Shown: positions 1-9,174, counted from the stretch's first letter. The stretch: DNA of 64,000 bases from Minisyncoccota bacterium (GCA_041651395.1 JBAZJI010000002.1:13010-77009); one strand, 5' to 3'. Translations and numbers: made by a program. Notes: generated from the letters alone by a model not told the origin.

Positions 1-945
1 CAATAAATATGTTCCATTTACTGCGAATTCTGCAATGTCTTTGCCGTTAAGTTGGAATTTTTCAATGGGTGTAGTATCTTCGCCAGTTTCGTTAGATTCT
101 CCTGAGATTGTGATAATGTTGTTTTCAATTTTGAAATGGATGATGTTGGCAACGTCACGCGCAAAGATTAGAGAAGATTTGACGGCACGTGTCAATAATG
201 TTTTTTCAATTTCAATTTCAGTTTCCCAAGATTGCGGAATGAGGCGGGCAACGTCTGGAAAGTTACCTGAAATAAGTTGTGAGATAAACTTGAAATCTTC
301 GGTATAAAATGCAATTGAGTTTTGATTGATTGCCATTTTTGCTTTTCCGTTTTTCAATACTGACAACAGAATTTGCGCTGCTTCTTTTGGGATAATGACT
401 TCAAAGTCAGGTAAACCAAAAAGCAGTTCTGTATAGGTCGCTCTAAAACTATCGGCGCTAGTGATAATAAGTTTTCCGTTTGTTGACTTTATCAGGATTC
501 CATTTAAGACCGATTTTGACTTATCCTCAGACGTGCTAACTAAACATTTTTGCAGTGAATATGAAATTGTTTCGGCGTCAATATCTACAATATTGTGCGC
601 TTGAATGTCTGTTAGCGGGAATTCGGCAACGTCCATTGTTTTGATAGTAGTTTTTCCAGGCTTGCGGTTTACGATGATCTTACCGTCTTCTTGTTTAATC
701 TCAATTTCAGGAGCAGAGATTACAGACAGAAGTTCATTTAACGTTTTTGCTGGTACACAGAAGTTATATTCTTCTGTTGCGTTTAGATATAGCGTTAATG
801 ATTTTTCAATGTCGGTAGCCGTCAATTCAAGACGGCCATTCCGAGACTGAAAAGCAATGTTTTGCAAGATCGGCATTGAAGTTCTTGCTGGTACAATTCG
901 GTAAAGTGTGCTAATTGCGCTCTTTAGTTTTTCTGTTTCAATCAT
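1..945 (-). CDS. dnaN: DNA polymerase III beta sliding clamp (DnaN-like), C-terminal end cut by window edge
   Basis: Hand translation from ATG at 945: MIETEKLKSAISTLYRIVPARTSMPILQNIAFQSRNGRLELTATDIEKSLTLYLN..., clamp N-terminal signature (PIL.NI, L.LTATD.E); open to position 1; absent from ORF track because no stop in window. Confidence 0.7.
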   Translation of the reverse strand, partial: MIETEKLKSAISTLYRIVPARTSMPILQNIAFQSRNGRLELTATDIEKSLTLYLNATEEYNFCVPAKTLNELLSVISAPEIEIKQEDGKIIVNRKPGKTTIKTMDVAEFPLTDIQAHNIVDIDAETISYSLQKCLVSTSEDKSKSVLNGILIKSTNGKLIITSADSFRATYTELLFGLPDFEVIIPKEAAQILLSVLKNGKAKMAINQNSIAFYTEDFKFISQLISGNFPDVARLIPQSWETEIEIEKTLLTRAVKSSLIFARDVANIIHFKIENNIITISGESNETGEDTTPIEKFQLNGKDIAEFAVNGTYLL

Positions 946-3606
946 TTAGTTTGTCTCCTCAGTTAATTTTAATAGGTCAAAGAGAGTTGGCGCGAGTCGC
1001 TTCTGTTCGGCTTCGTTACAGTAGACAACACCATCATTGTAGTAGTCTGCATTCAGTTCACAACCGACTCCAATTCTGCCAAGTTGGATAGAGAGATAGG
1101 GAACGGTAAACAAACCGGCAAATGGGTCATAGACCGTATCGTTAAAGTTGCTATACAGTATAATCGAACGGCGCACGATGTCAAGCGGTAGGGGACAGAC
1201 GTGATTCGTTACGCGCCGTCTTGTTTGATTTGAATTAAGACATTGCATAAATACCACATCATCCCAAACCATATCGTTGTGCGATACTGGCGGCTCTTGT
1301 AAGTATGATGCGCTTAGATTGCCCTTGAAGTCTAGCGCTTCCATTCTATCGGCGTGGGCGTCGTAATCATACCATTCTTTCGGGATTAGGATGTTACCGT
1401 TCGATTGCCAAAAAGAATGGGCGTCAATTTGCCACTTTGCCCGGCTGTAAAATAATAGGTATTGTCCACATTCTGGACACTGATATTTTGTGTAGAGTTT
1501 TTCACCCTCGGCAAACTCAAAGTCTTTTTCGAGACTCGCGCCCTTATAGCCACAGTTGCCACATTCAAAGGTCTTTTCGCCCTGATTATACTTGATTTTG
1601 ATAATACGATCATCCGCATATTGTTGGGATTTATCGGTATTAGGTTTACGGAAAGTCAATAGATATTCTGGTAAACCGCTGCCCATCTTGGAGGCGTCTT
1701 TACTCATTTCAGAATATCCGAGACGGTATGTTGAGTTATTTTCTCTTACCACGTCGGTTACAATTGTCCTTCTACCCTCGTATACCCAACCGTGCTTGAT
1801 AAAGTGCATTACCGTTTCGTCGGAGAATGGGAAGGTAGAGGTTAAGCCGTGGTCAACCTGGTATGAATAGAGAATGCGGTCTTTCACGTGTATAACGGCT
1901 TTTCTACCTGGTTTTAATACTCGCAACAGTTCAGGAGTTAGGTAGTCCATTTGTTGCCAAAAACCAGAGGTTAACGGCTCTCTAAAATCGTTGTCATTAA
2001 AAGAAAAGTCATTAACTACTGTGGTGTATTCATAATGGTTATCAAATGGAATTGACGTTACGATTAGGTCAACTGAATTTTCTGGCATATTGCGAGTTTC
2101 TAATGTGTTGTCATTATTATATGCTTTATACAATGTAGAGGTCCTTTCGCGGCGTGGTACGCCTAATGTTTTTTGCATACTGTCTTCTAATGCTTTTTTT
2201 GACAGTCCGTATTCTTGCACAATCCCCTGCATCTTTTTGGTTAGTTTGTTGTGCTTTTCCCATTTCTCTTTAAGAACGGATACAATCCCGTCTTCCGACT
2301 CTGAGTAAATGATGTGAAGGTCTACCGGATGCGATTGCATAAACCGATGTGTTCTGTGTACAGATTGAATAAAATCTTTGAACTTGTAAGAGACTCCTAA
2401 GAATATGTTGACGTGACTCCAATGTTGGAAATTACAACCTGACCCGGCAATAACCGGCTTTGTTGCCAGTATTCGGTATTTTCCATCCTGGAAGTCAACA
2501 ATAGATTGTTCTCTCTTTTCCAAGTCCTGTGAACCGTATACTGTTTTTAGGTCGTATCCTCTTAAGGTGTGTTCAATCTCTTGACGCTCATATTCATAAT
2601 CGTGCCATAAGAGAATGCCGTTATGGTTTCCGGTTTCAGGGTAGCTGTCTACAATTTCTTTCGCTTTTGCCATTCGGTCTAGCATTGTGCGATGTTTGTC
2701 TTTATGCATATCGTTGACAGAACCGGAAGCCATAGAGAGCATTTTATACTGGCCGTGATTATCGGCTTCACTCCAAACTTGGGTATGATCTACCGGTAGT
2801 CTATGCCAATATACATTCAGTTCTGGTAACTCATAGCCAACATCGGAGTAACCTAAATCGCTAGGCTTATATAGGAATAACGCCCAAGTTGACACCCATA
2901 GCCAGAATTCTTCTTCATACTGTGGTAACAACTGTAAGTTACCGGCTTTGTTTACATCACGCCCGAAAAATCTGGTAAGTGCTTCTCCGTTAGTCATAAC
3001 TCCAAGAATGTTTGCATAGTAGATTAGTTGCCGGTATTCATTGGGAGCAGGAGTAGCGGTACAAATGTATTTGTATGGAATGTTTTGTAATAGTTCTTCA
3101 AATTGCGCATAAGTTTTAGTACCCAAGTTCCCAATGATTGAGGCTTCATCCAACGATACTAAACAGAAGTTATGCTTATCTGGGATGATGTCCCCGTCTC
3201 TTACCCGTTCATAGTTGGTTATGATGTAAGGGGACGTAGCCTCCTCTATTTCACTGTCAGTTGTGCAGTACTGATAATGTACTCCAATGTCGGCAGGATA
3301 AGCCCGGTTCGGTTCACCGGTTGAAGGATGGGTAAATTCCTGTCTAACGCCCAATGGGCAGATGGTAAGGGTTTTTTGACCGGTCTTTTCGTGTGCAATT
3401 TTAGCTAGGCTAGCTTGGATGATCGTTTTGCCTAATCCAAAACTCAAGGCTAATAACGCCCGTCCACACCTTAATGCAAAGCGCAAAGAATCTTTTTGAT
3501 GTTGTTTGAGAATGTTCGGTATTTCTACCGTATCGGGATTTATTCCAACGTCTTTTTGAACTTTGACCTTTCTTCTTAAGAATTCATCGTATGATAATTT
3601 TTCCAA
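946..3606 (-). CDS. SNF2/DEAD-like helicase fused to beta-class N6/N4 DNA amino-methyltransferase with inserted zinc ribbon
   Basis: 886 aa; Walker A SFGLGKT, motif II DEAS, helicase-C motif QSVHRTHRFMQ; then DLIVTSIPF (motif IV-like), CGNCG...CPECG ribbon, DPFAGLFT (motif I); TTG start with AAAGGAG SD. Confidence 0.75.
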   Translation of the reverse strand: MEKLSYDEFLRRKVKVQKDVGINPDTVEIPNILKQHQKDSLRFALRCGRALLALSFGLGKTIIQASLAKIAHEKTGQKTLTICPLGVRQEFTHPSTGEPNRAYPADIGVHYQYCTTDSEIEEATSPYIITNYERVRDGDIIPDKHNFCLVSLDEASIIGNLGTKTYAQFEELLQNIPYKYICTATPAPNEYRQLIYYANILGVMTNGEALTRFFGRDVNKAGNLQLLPQYEEEFWLWVSTWALFLYKPSDLGYSDVGYELPELNVYWHRLPVDHTQVWSEADNHGQYKMLSMASGSVNDMHKDKHRTMLDRMAKAKEIVDSYPETGNHNGILLWHDYEYERQEIEHTLRGYDLKTVYGSQDLEKREQSIVDFQDGKYRILATKPVIAGSGCNFQHWSHVNIFLGVSYKFKDFIQSVHRTHRFMQSHPVDLHIIYSESEDGIVSVLKEKWEKHNKLTKKMQGIVQEYGLSKKALEDSMQKTLGVPRRERTSTLYKAYNNDNTLETRNMPENSVDLIVTSIPFDNHYEYTTVVNDFSFNDNDFREPLTSGFWQQMDYLTPELLRVLKPGRKAVIHVKDRILYSYQVDHGLTSTFPFSDETVMHFIKHGWVYEGRRTIVTDVVRENNSTYRLGYSEMSKDASKMGSGLPEYLLTFRKPNTDKSQQYADDRIIKIKYNQGEKTFECGNCGYKGASLEKDFEFAEGEKLYTKYQCPECGQYLLFYSRAKWQIDAHSFWQSNGNILIPKEWYDYDAHADRMEALDFKGNLSASYLQEPPVSHNDMVWDDVVFMQCLNSNQTRRRVTNHVCPLPLDIVRRSIILYSNFNDTVYDPFAGLFTVPYLSIQLGRIGVGCELNADYYNDGVVYCNEAEQKRLAPTLFDLLKLTEETN

Positions 3607-3657
3607 GTTTATGCTCCTTTGTTGTGTATAAAAACCACCCGTTAATGGGTAACGGGT

Positions 3658-3685
3658 AGTATATCATAAATCAGTGTTTTGTCAA
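3658..3685 (-). promoter_or_regulatory. sigma70-type promoter TTGACA-16-TATACT (TG-extended) for helicase-MTase gene
   Basis: Reverse complement reads TTGACAaaacactgatttatgaTATACT; -35 overlaps thyX stop; a 7-bp hairpin acccgtt/aacgggt plus U-run lies just downstream, so TSS falls inside the hairpin. Confidence 0.55.
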
Positions 3686-4287
3686 AACGCCGATGGGCAA
3701 TACTCCATTACAATCTCTTTCATCATTTCGGCAAGTTCTCTAATTTCCGCTTGTGCAGATTTGTTGCAACGTAAGTTAAAGAAGTTCTGTAATGATCTAA
3801 GGTTCATGGTCATTACAAGATTTGTAGTTGTTGCCAGTGGTAGAATCATTCTGGCGTCCTCTTTGGGCATGCCAAGTCTAATCAACTGTGTATAAGCGTA
3901 ATCTGAATTGTGTAAGACGGTATCGTATAAATGTTTTGCTTCCACACCATCAAATACGGTTTCAGGTGTTACAAAGTCCATAATGCTTGTTTGTTCGACA
4001 TACCTTTGACTGAGAACTGAGAATGAAGCAATTCGATGGCGCGTTAGTTGTGCAAGACAAGCCCTAGATATACCGATAATTTCAAAGGTAAATGAGACGT
4101 GTTCTAAAATGCTGGTATGTCCTTGCTTTACCCGTTTACTGATAAAATGCTCAGTATTGCTTCCGGTTTTATCAGTTGTGTTTGTGCAAGTTCTACCGGC
4201 ATATTCTATCAGCTGCTCTTGTGTCAATACTTCCGGTATGATCGGCTGTGTTATTGCAATTAGTCTAACTCTCATTGTCTTGCTCAT
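3682..4287 (-). CDS. thyX: flavin-dependent thymidylate synthase ThyX
   Basis: ThyX signature LTRHRIASFSVLSQRY (RHR...S..SQRY); 201 aa typical size. Confidence 0.9.
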   Translation of the reverse strand: MSKTMRVRLIAITQPIIPEVLTQEQLIEYAGRTCTNTTDKTGSNTEHFISKRVKQGHTSILEHVSFTFEIIGISRACLAQLTRHRIASFSVLSQRYVEQTSIMDFVTPETVFDGVEAKHLYDTVLHNSDYAYTQLIRLGMPKEDARMILPLATTTNLVMTMNLRSLQNFFNLRCNKSAQAEIRELAEMMKEIVMEYCPSAF

Positions 4288-4597
4288 TTTTTACATATTC
4301 AATTCTGTCTTCTATTGCGCTGATAACTTCATCAAAAGCATCTAATGCATCAAATACGGCTTCTTTTTCAACAACTATTTCAAGAGCGTTTTTAAGTCCT
4401 AATTCTTTACCGTATGCTTTTCCTTCCTCGTAACCATCATCAAAAGCGCTTTCTGATTCTTCTGTTAATTCTTCATAACCTTCGTTGTATACAGACTGAA
4501 GAATGTTTTCAAATTGTTGACACAGTTCTTTAGCTTTTGCAAATTCTGGATAGTGCAAACTGTCACAGATAATTTTTAGAATGTCTTCATAATCCAT
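4265..4597 (-). CDS. hypothetical acidic protein
   Basis: 110-aa ORF packed between dcd and thyX, acidic helical composition. Confidence 0.55.
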   Translation of the reverse strand: MDYEDILKIICDSLHYPEFAKAKELCQQFENILQSVYNEGYEELTEESESAFDDGYEEGKAYGKELGLKNALEIVVEKEAVFDALDAFDEVISAIEDRIEYVKNEQDNES

Positions 4598-4599
4598 TC

Positions 4600-5190
4600 T
4601 TATACCCTCGCTAAAGTTACTTCTTCATTTTGATCTTGATACTTGCGCCCATCGTATGTAATCGAAGTTTCTTCACCTTCAAAGAACAGCGCTTGACAAA
4701 TTCCTTCATTCGCATAAATCATAGCATCGGCGTCTGAGGCATTGCTAATTTCTATGGTAAGGTGTCCTCTCCAACCAGCCTCACCGGGCGTCATATTCAC
4801 AATGATACCACAGCGGGCATAAGTTGACTTACCGATAAACAAAACTTCGATGTTGTTGGGAATTTTAATCCGTTCTAAGGATACTCCTAAGCCGTAGGTA
4901 TGATGGGGAAGGATAAAGTATTCACCATAACCGTCAAAGTTAATATCAGCATTGTATAGAAACTTAGGATGAAATGATTTTGGGTTTAATAGTTGTCCGG
5001 GAACGTGTTTGAATACCTTGAATTCTTTCTTAGATAGCCGGATGTCGTAACCGAATCCACCCAGTCCATAAGAAACCATAGGTATATCATAGATACTTCC
5101 CTTTCCATCTGACCTTACCTGATTCTCAACAAACGGTGTAATCATACCGTTCTTAGCCTGCTCAATAATCCATTGCGCGTTCTTAATCAT
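4600..5190 (-). CDS. dcd: dCTP deaminase family protein (Dcd / Dcd-Dut like)
   Basis: SYGLGGFGYDIRL, GKSTYARCGIIVNMTPGEAGWRGHLTIEISN and C-terminal YDGRKYQDQ match trimeric dUTPase-fold dCTP deaminases. Confidence 0.85.
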   Translation of the reverse strand: MIKNAQWIIEQAKNGMITPFVENQVRSDGKGSIYDIPMVSYGLGGFGYDIRLSKKEFKVFKHVPGQLLNPKSFHPKFLYNADINFDGYGEYFILPHHTYGLGVSLERIKIPNNIEVLFIGKSTYARCGIIVNMTPGEAGWRGHLTIEISNASDADAMIYANEGICQALFFEGEETSITYDGRKYQDQNEEVTLARV

Positions 5191-5342
5191 TTGTTTTCAA
5201 TTCTCCTTTATACGTTTTGTTGTACCATTCAATCATAAGCTCAAACTCCTGTGGTGTTACTATGATTGACTTTGAAAAAGACCTATCGTAATTACACCTT
5301 AGAATTATGTGAATGACAGAATCGGCGATAGGTGCTGTAGTG

Positions 5343-5370
5343 ATTATACCACAGCCTGATTATTCTTCAA
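5343..5370 (-). promoter_or_regulatory. promoter TTGAAG-16-TATAAT (TGTGGTATAAT) upstream of dcd
   Basis: Reverse complement ttgaagaataatcaggctgtggtataat; overlaps helicase stop codon. Confidence 0.5.
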
Positions 5371-7000
5371 CAAAGTACAGTTCTGATTTGCTGCGAGTAA
5401 AGGCAACGTATTTAATGTTTAGCTCTTGTTGTAATGCTTCAGGATTGCCGGATTTTAACGCCATCGGATGTGGCATAAGTTCAGGATGTAGAATGAATAC
5501 CCGTTCGGCTTCTGCCCCTTTCGACTTGTGTATACTACTAAACACAACACCCTGTTGACTATCGCTAAATACGTTGTCAATACGTTCCTTCAATTCTGAA
5601 ATGGTGTTACAACCGTCCGATAAGGCGAATACGGTTTCTACGGAATCTTGAAGGTGTTGCGCCTTAGCTTCTTTATTCTGTGCTAAAAGTTTCCCGGTTT
5701 CTTCTTGCAGATATTCGGAAAGGGCATAACTAAGTTGCGCCAAATTTCCGATACTGTTTCTCTTTTCTGTTTTTTCGATAAGGTCAATCAAGCCCTTGCC
5801 AATATCCCGACCAAGAATAACCGCTTTAATACCGTTTCTAATCAGTTCAAAAGCCGGTGAAACTAAGGGGGCATTTGTACGACAAATAACCAAGTTGCCA
5901 ACCTTAACTTTACTGAGAAGGTCACGTTCTTTAATCGTTTCAATAATTCCCTCTTTTGCTGTTTCGCTTGCTTCGATCTGAGGAACTAGATTCTGGGCAA
6001 GTTCAATGTGCAGTTTTGGACAACGATATGAAATTGAGAGGGGAAGTGTTACCGCGTTCAATTTTTCGGTAAGATAAGGAATAGCGTTAGTGTCTGCTCC
6101 TCTGAACATATAGATACTTTGTTTCCTGTCCCCAACTGCCACTACCCGGCTATTTTCGTGAATAGAGCGTAAAACCATTTCGGTTTGTGAGGCGTTCAAA
6201 TCTTGCGATTCATCCACAAAAAGCCAATCGAATTTCTGGCATTCAACTTTACCGATTGCACAGAAATAAATCATATCATCGTAATCTATACGCCAGGTTT
6301 CAGAGTTGCTTTTCTCAAAAGCAATCTTTACCATTTGATAGATTTGTTGCCAGTCTCCATTTACTTCGATGTTGTAATTATCGGCAATCCAAGTTAAGTT
6401 GTCGTTTGTCGGCTCTAACAGCGTTGCTTTCAACATAGAGATAAGCCGGATAACCGCGCTCATATTAGTTTCAATGATGTTCTGAAAGTAGGGCGTCATA
6501 TTTTCAAGTTCATCCTGAATAATCCAACGAACTTTACCGGCATCTACTTTAACTTTCGAGTATACCTTGCGGATGTTGGAAAAACCGAGAGAATGTAAAG
6601 TTGATACGTGAACGTGTTTAGGGGCGCGCTCTTTCAGTTCATCCGCTATCTTTTTGTTGAAAGCTAAGAAAGCAACTTCTGAATCTTTCGGAGTGAATTC
6701 AAGCGCCTTAATGATCGTGGTTGACTTACCAGAACCGGCTACGGCTTCAACTACCGCATTGCCCGTTCCGTTCTGTACAAAGTCAAAGATTGCCTGTTGA
6801 TACCGGCTAGGAGTAAAAGCTTTTTCAACTTTGGGAGTTTCCAAAATTTCTTCAAGAAGTTCTTCTACATCGCTTTCAACAACTGGTAATGAGTTCATAG
6901 TGTGTTTACATCGCGGGTAATTTGAACAACCGTAGAACCGGCCATACTTACCTTTTCGCTCTACCATAATCCCATCGCATTTTGGGCAATTCGTTGACAT
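5360..7000 (-). CDS. UvrD/PcrA/Rep-family SF1 DNA helicase with N-terminal topoisomerase-type zinc finger
   Basis: CPKCDG...YGCSNYPRCKHT zinc finger; Walker A AVAGSGKSTT; motif II FVDESQD; C-terminal YVAFTRSK motif VI-like. Confidence 0.8.
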   Translation of the reverse strand: MSTNCPKCDGIMVERKGKYGRFYGCSNYPRCKHTMNSLPVVESDVEELLEEILETPKVEKAFTPSRYQQAIFDFVQNGTGNAVVEAVAGSGKSTTIIKALEFTPKDSEVAFLAFNKKIADELKERAPKHVHVSTLHSLGFSNIRKVYSKVKVDAGKVRWIIQDELENMTPYFQNIIETNMSAVIRLISMLKATLLEPTNDNLTWIADNYNIEVNGDWQQIYQMVKIAFEKSNSETWRIDYDDMIYFCAIGKVECQKFDWLFVDESQDLNASQTEMVLRSIHENSRVVAVGDRKQSIYMFRGADTNAIPYLTEKLNAVTLPLSISYRCPKLHIELAQNLVPQIEASETAKEGIIETIKERDLLSKVKVGNLVICRTNAPLVSPAFELIRNGIKAVILGRDIGKGLIDLIEKTEKRNSIGNLAQLSYALSEYLQEETGKLLAQNKEAKAQHLQDSVETVFALSDGCNTISELKERIDNVFSDSQQGVVFSSIHKSKGAEAERVFILHPELMPHPMALKSGNPEALQQELNIKYVAFTRSKSELYFVEE

Positions 7001-7032
7001 TGTAACATCTCCTTTGTTTATAAGATGTATTC

Positions 7033-7061
7033 ATTATACAGTAAAAGACGTATTTTGTCAA
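7033..7061 (-). promoter_or_regulatory. promoter TTGACA-17-TATAAT (class-E cassette) for helicase gene
   Basis: Reverse complement ccttattgacaaaatacgtcttttactgtataat; similar to cassettes at 7565-7592 and 55197-55225. Confidence 0.6.
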
Positions 7062-7064
7062 TAA

Positions 7065-7096
7065 GGAAAAGTCGGTGAACTTTAACTTTCACCGAC
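7065..7096 (-). terminator. rho-independent terminator after 7116-7529
   Basis: 9-bp stem gtcggtgaa/ttcaccgac followed by TTTT on minus strand. Confidence 0.55.
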
Positions 7097-7115
7097 TTGT
7101 TGTTTGTACTGTTTC

Positions 7116-7529
7116 TTATTTCTCCTTAGTCCTCATAACTCCCCACATAAGTTCCTGGGGATTGTCAAAATTGTAAATATGGAATACCGTTCCGCCGATC
7201 CTGGAAAGTCTAACCGCATCTTCTCTGTTAACCGTCCAGGTGACGTTGTATCCCTGTTCTTTTGCTGCGATCATTACAGCGGTTAGGGAATGATACGTGA
7301 TATTCTTTGCATAAGTCGGTTTAACCGTTTGGTTATTTACCACTAATAAAAGTTCTGTGGACATTACACCACGACTTCGGCGGATGATAACTTGGTACTG
7401 TTTACCTTCGCTACCAGGTACTAATACCGATTTAACCTTGCCATCGGTATCATACTGGCTCACTTTTGCAAAGTTAATAGCGGCCTTTGCTTTCTCTACT
7501 CTATCGGGCAAGTTTGTTTTATTGCACAT
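7116..7529 (-). CDS. hypothetical protein
   Basis: 137-aa ORF with SD aaaggaga; no motif recognised. Confidence 0.6.
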   Translation of the reverse strand: MCNKTNLPDRVEKAKAAINFAKVSQYDTDGKVKSVLVPGSEGKQYQVIIRRSRGVMSTELLLVVNNQTVKPTYAKNITYHSLTAVMIAAKEQGYNVTWTVNREDAVRLSRIGGTVFHIYNFDNPQELMWGVMRTKEK

Positions 7530-7564
7530 AGTTAAATCTCCTTTGTCGCTTGTCTCTACCTCTT

Positions 7565-7592
7565 ATTATAGTCAAAATGCGTATTCTGTCAA
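7565..7592 (-). promoter_or_regulatory. promoter TTGACA-16-TATAAT (class-E) flanked by 12-bp inverted repeat
   Basis: Reverse complement cctattgacagaatacgcattttgactataat; arms aaaatgcgtatt (7574-7585) / aatacgcatttt (7600-7611) bracket the -35. Confidence 0.6.
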
Positions 7593-7636
7593 TAGGCAAA
7601 ATACGCATTTTATAATTTTGGTAAGTCTTATCTTCT

Positions 7637-7939
7637 TTATTCGATGGTGTCTAATATCCGCTTTGCCGTCTCTTCTAGGTTCTGTGCAATCTCATAATGA
7701 GCAATGTCGTTATAGTCTAACACCTTGAGAATTGAACCGGTAGCTAATTGTGGATTGTCGAAAATACCGATCATAGCCTTTAGGGCGACTTCACAGAATG
7801 CGGATAGATTGCCGCCGCCTCTACCCGGTTTAATACCGTAGCGTTCTAATAACTCTACCGTCTCAGTAGAGAGGGACAGGGTAAATGATTTTAATTCGGT
7901 TTCTTCACGTCTTAAACTGTCAACTTTAGGATTAGTCAT
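7637..7939 (-). CDS. hypothetical protein
   Basis: 100-aa ORF, 4-nt overlap with upstream YopX gene. Confidence 0.55.
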   Translation of the reverse strand: MTNPKVDSLRREETELKSFTLSLSTETVELLERYGIKPGRGGGNLSAFCEVALKAMIGIFDNPQLATGSILKVLDYNDIAHYEIAQNLEETAKRILDTIE

Positions 7940-8349
7940 TTTTTACCTCTAAATTTTAATATAAGTTCTGGATTCTCATAAATGTTGCCGATTACGCTAC
8001 ACTGTCTATATGCCAAATATAGTTCTATACTGTTGTTTACATCAAAGCATCCTTCGTTAAACGCTACCATGCCTTTTGATGTGTATCCATCGTCTTCACT
8101 TTCGTATTCTACAATATCCCCTTCGTATATCTCTTTTCCTGTTGAGTCTTTTAGGCCGGTGTATTGCATAAGTTCAAATCTGTTTTGTTGTGTGTTAACG
8201 TCAAAATCATAAAAGTTATACGTTTCACCGCCGCCTAACATATATGATTCCTCAACAAGAATTCTACCACAATCGCTATCATAAAAACCAACACTGGGTA
8301 TCATTTTCTTTTCTTTTCTATCATACGCTCTAAACTTAATTTCACGCAT
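7936..8349 (-). CDS. YopX family protein (copy 1)
   Basis: MREIKFRAYD...MQYTGLKDSTGKEIYEGDIV...GNIYENPELI is the YopX signature. Confidence 0.8.
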   Translation of the reverse strand: MREIKFRAYDRKEKKMIPSVGFYDSDCGRILVEESYMLGGGETYNFYDFDVNTQQNRFELMQYTGLKDSTGKEIYEGDIVEYESEDDGYTSKGMVAFNEGCFDVNNSIELYLAYRQCSVIGNIYENPELILKFRGKK

Positions 8350-8352
8350 ATT

Positions 8353-9174
8353 TCAATTTCTCCATTCAATTATGTCTGTCAGTTTTGGAAAGTCAAAGTC
8401 TGGACTTTCATAAGTGTATTTTTCCTTCAATCCTTCAAGGGCTTTTTGTGCATTGTCGTATTGTTTCACTTCGTTTTTGTGTGTGCGTAAATGGGCATTA
8501 TATGCTCGCTCATTTTGCAATTCTTTTCCACACCAACAATGTAGAGCTTTTTTGACTTCTACCGGTTTCATAGGCTTTGTATCTTGTAAGGTTATGCCAA
8601 GGCTTTCTTCAAGCATTCTTTTTCTAGCCTGGTCATCTTGCCATTCTTTTTTGCGCCCAATCCAATAGATCATTCGCATATCAAATTGACCGATGGAACT
8701 TCCTAACTCAATTACTCCTGTATATACATCTGAAACAGCAACTAATACTAATGGCAATACTAGCCATTCTGCCAATACTTGTTGCCAACTGGTAAAGTTG
8801 TTAGGACGGGTAGAAGCTGCAATGAACATTGCCAGTGTAGTTGATAGCCAACTTACAATTAACCCTGTCCAATCCCAACCGGTAACATTATCCCAATCTG
8901 CACGAAATCTTGTATTGTGTTTTATGTATCTACTGAAAATAAAAGTTGTATTACTAACACTGCCAACCTCGCCACCGAACGCCATAAAAATTGCACTGAT
9001 AATACTAACCCATATTCTATAATTGTCAGGTAAACTTTCAAACTGTGCAAATACCAATGCTTCAATACTCATTAGAAAAAGGCCAATCGCACTGGCAATT
9101 ACTGGAATTAAAATTGCAACTGTTTGAAAGTCCCACAACTTAGGCTTAGGTAGCCAGAATTCTTCTTTGTCCAT
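8353..9174 (-). CDS. multi-pass membrane protein with C-terminal C2H2-type zinc finger
   Basis: At least four long hydrophobic stretches by eye in first ~170 aa; C-terminal CWCGKELQNERAYNAHLRTH. Confidence 0.6.
   Translation of the reverse strand: MDKEEFWLPKPKLWDFQTVAILIPVIASAIGLFLMSIEALVFAQFESLPDNYRIWVSIISAIFMAFGGEVGSVSNTTFIFSRYIKHNTRFRADWDNVTGWDWTGLIVSWLSTTLAMFIAASTRPNNFTSWQQVLAEWLVLPLVLVAVSDVYTGVIELGSSIGQFDMRMIYWIGRKKEWQDDQARKRMLEESLGITLQDTKPMKPVEVKKALHCWCGKELQNERAYNAHLRTHKNEVKQYDNAQKALEGLKEKYTYESPDFDFPKLTDIIEWRN

Noticed and set aside
1386-2717. Several 60-90-aa ORFs on both strands inside the helicase-methyltransferase gene (1386-1619, 1462-1662, 1592-1870, 2090-2308, 2529-2717)
   Set aside because: All are nested within a well-supported 886-aa gene and lack SD sequences and recognisable motifs.
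5191-5245. 17-codon upstream ORF (MIEWYNKTYKGELKTND*) overlapping the dcd start
   Set aside because: It is too short to support by eye and could be chance in a 145-nt leader. It is noted only as a possible coupling or leader peptide.
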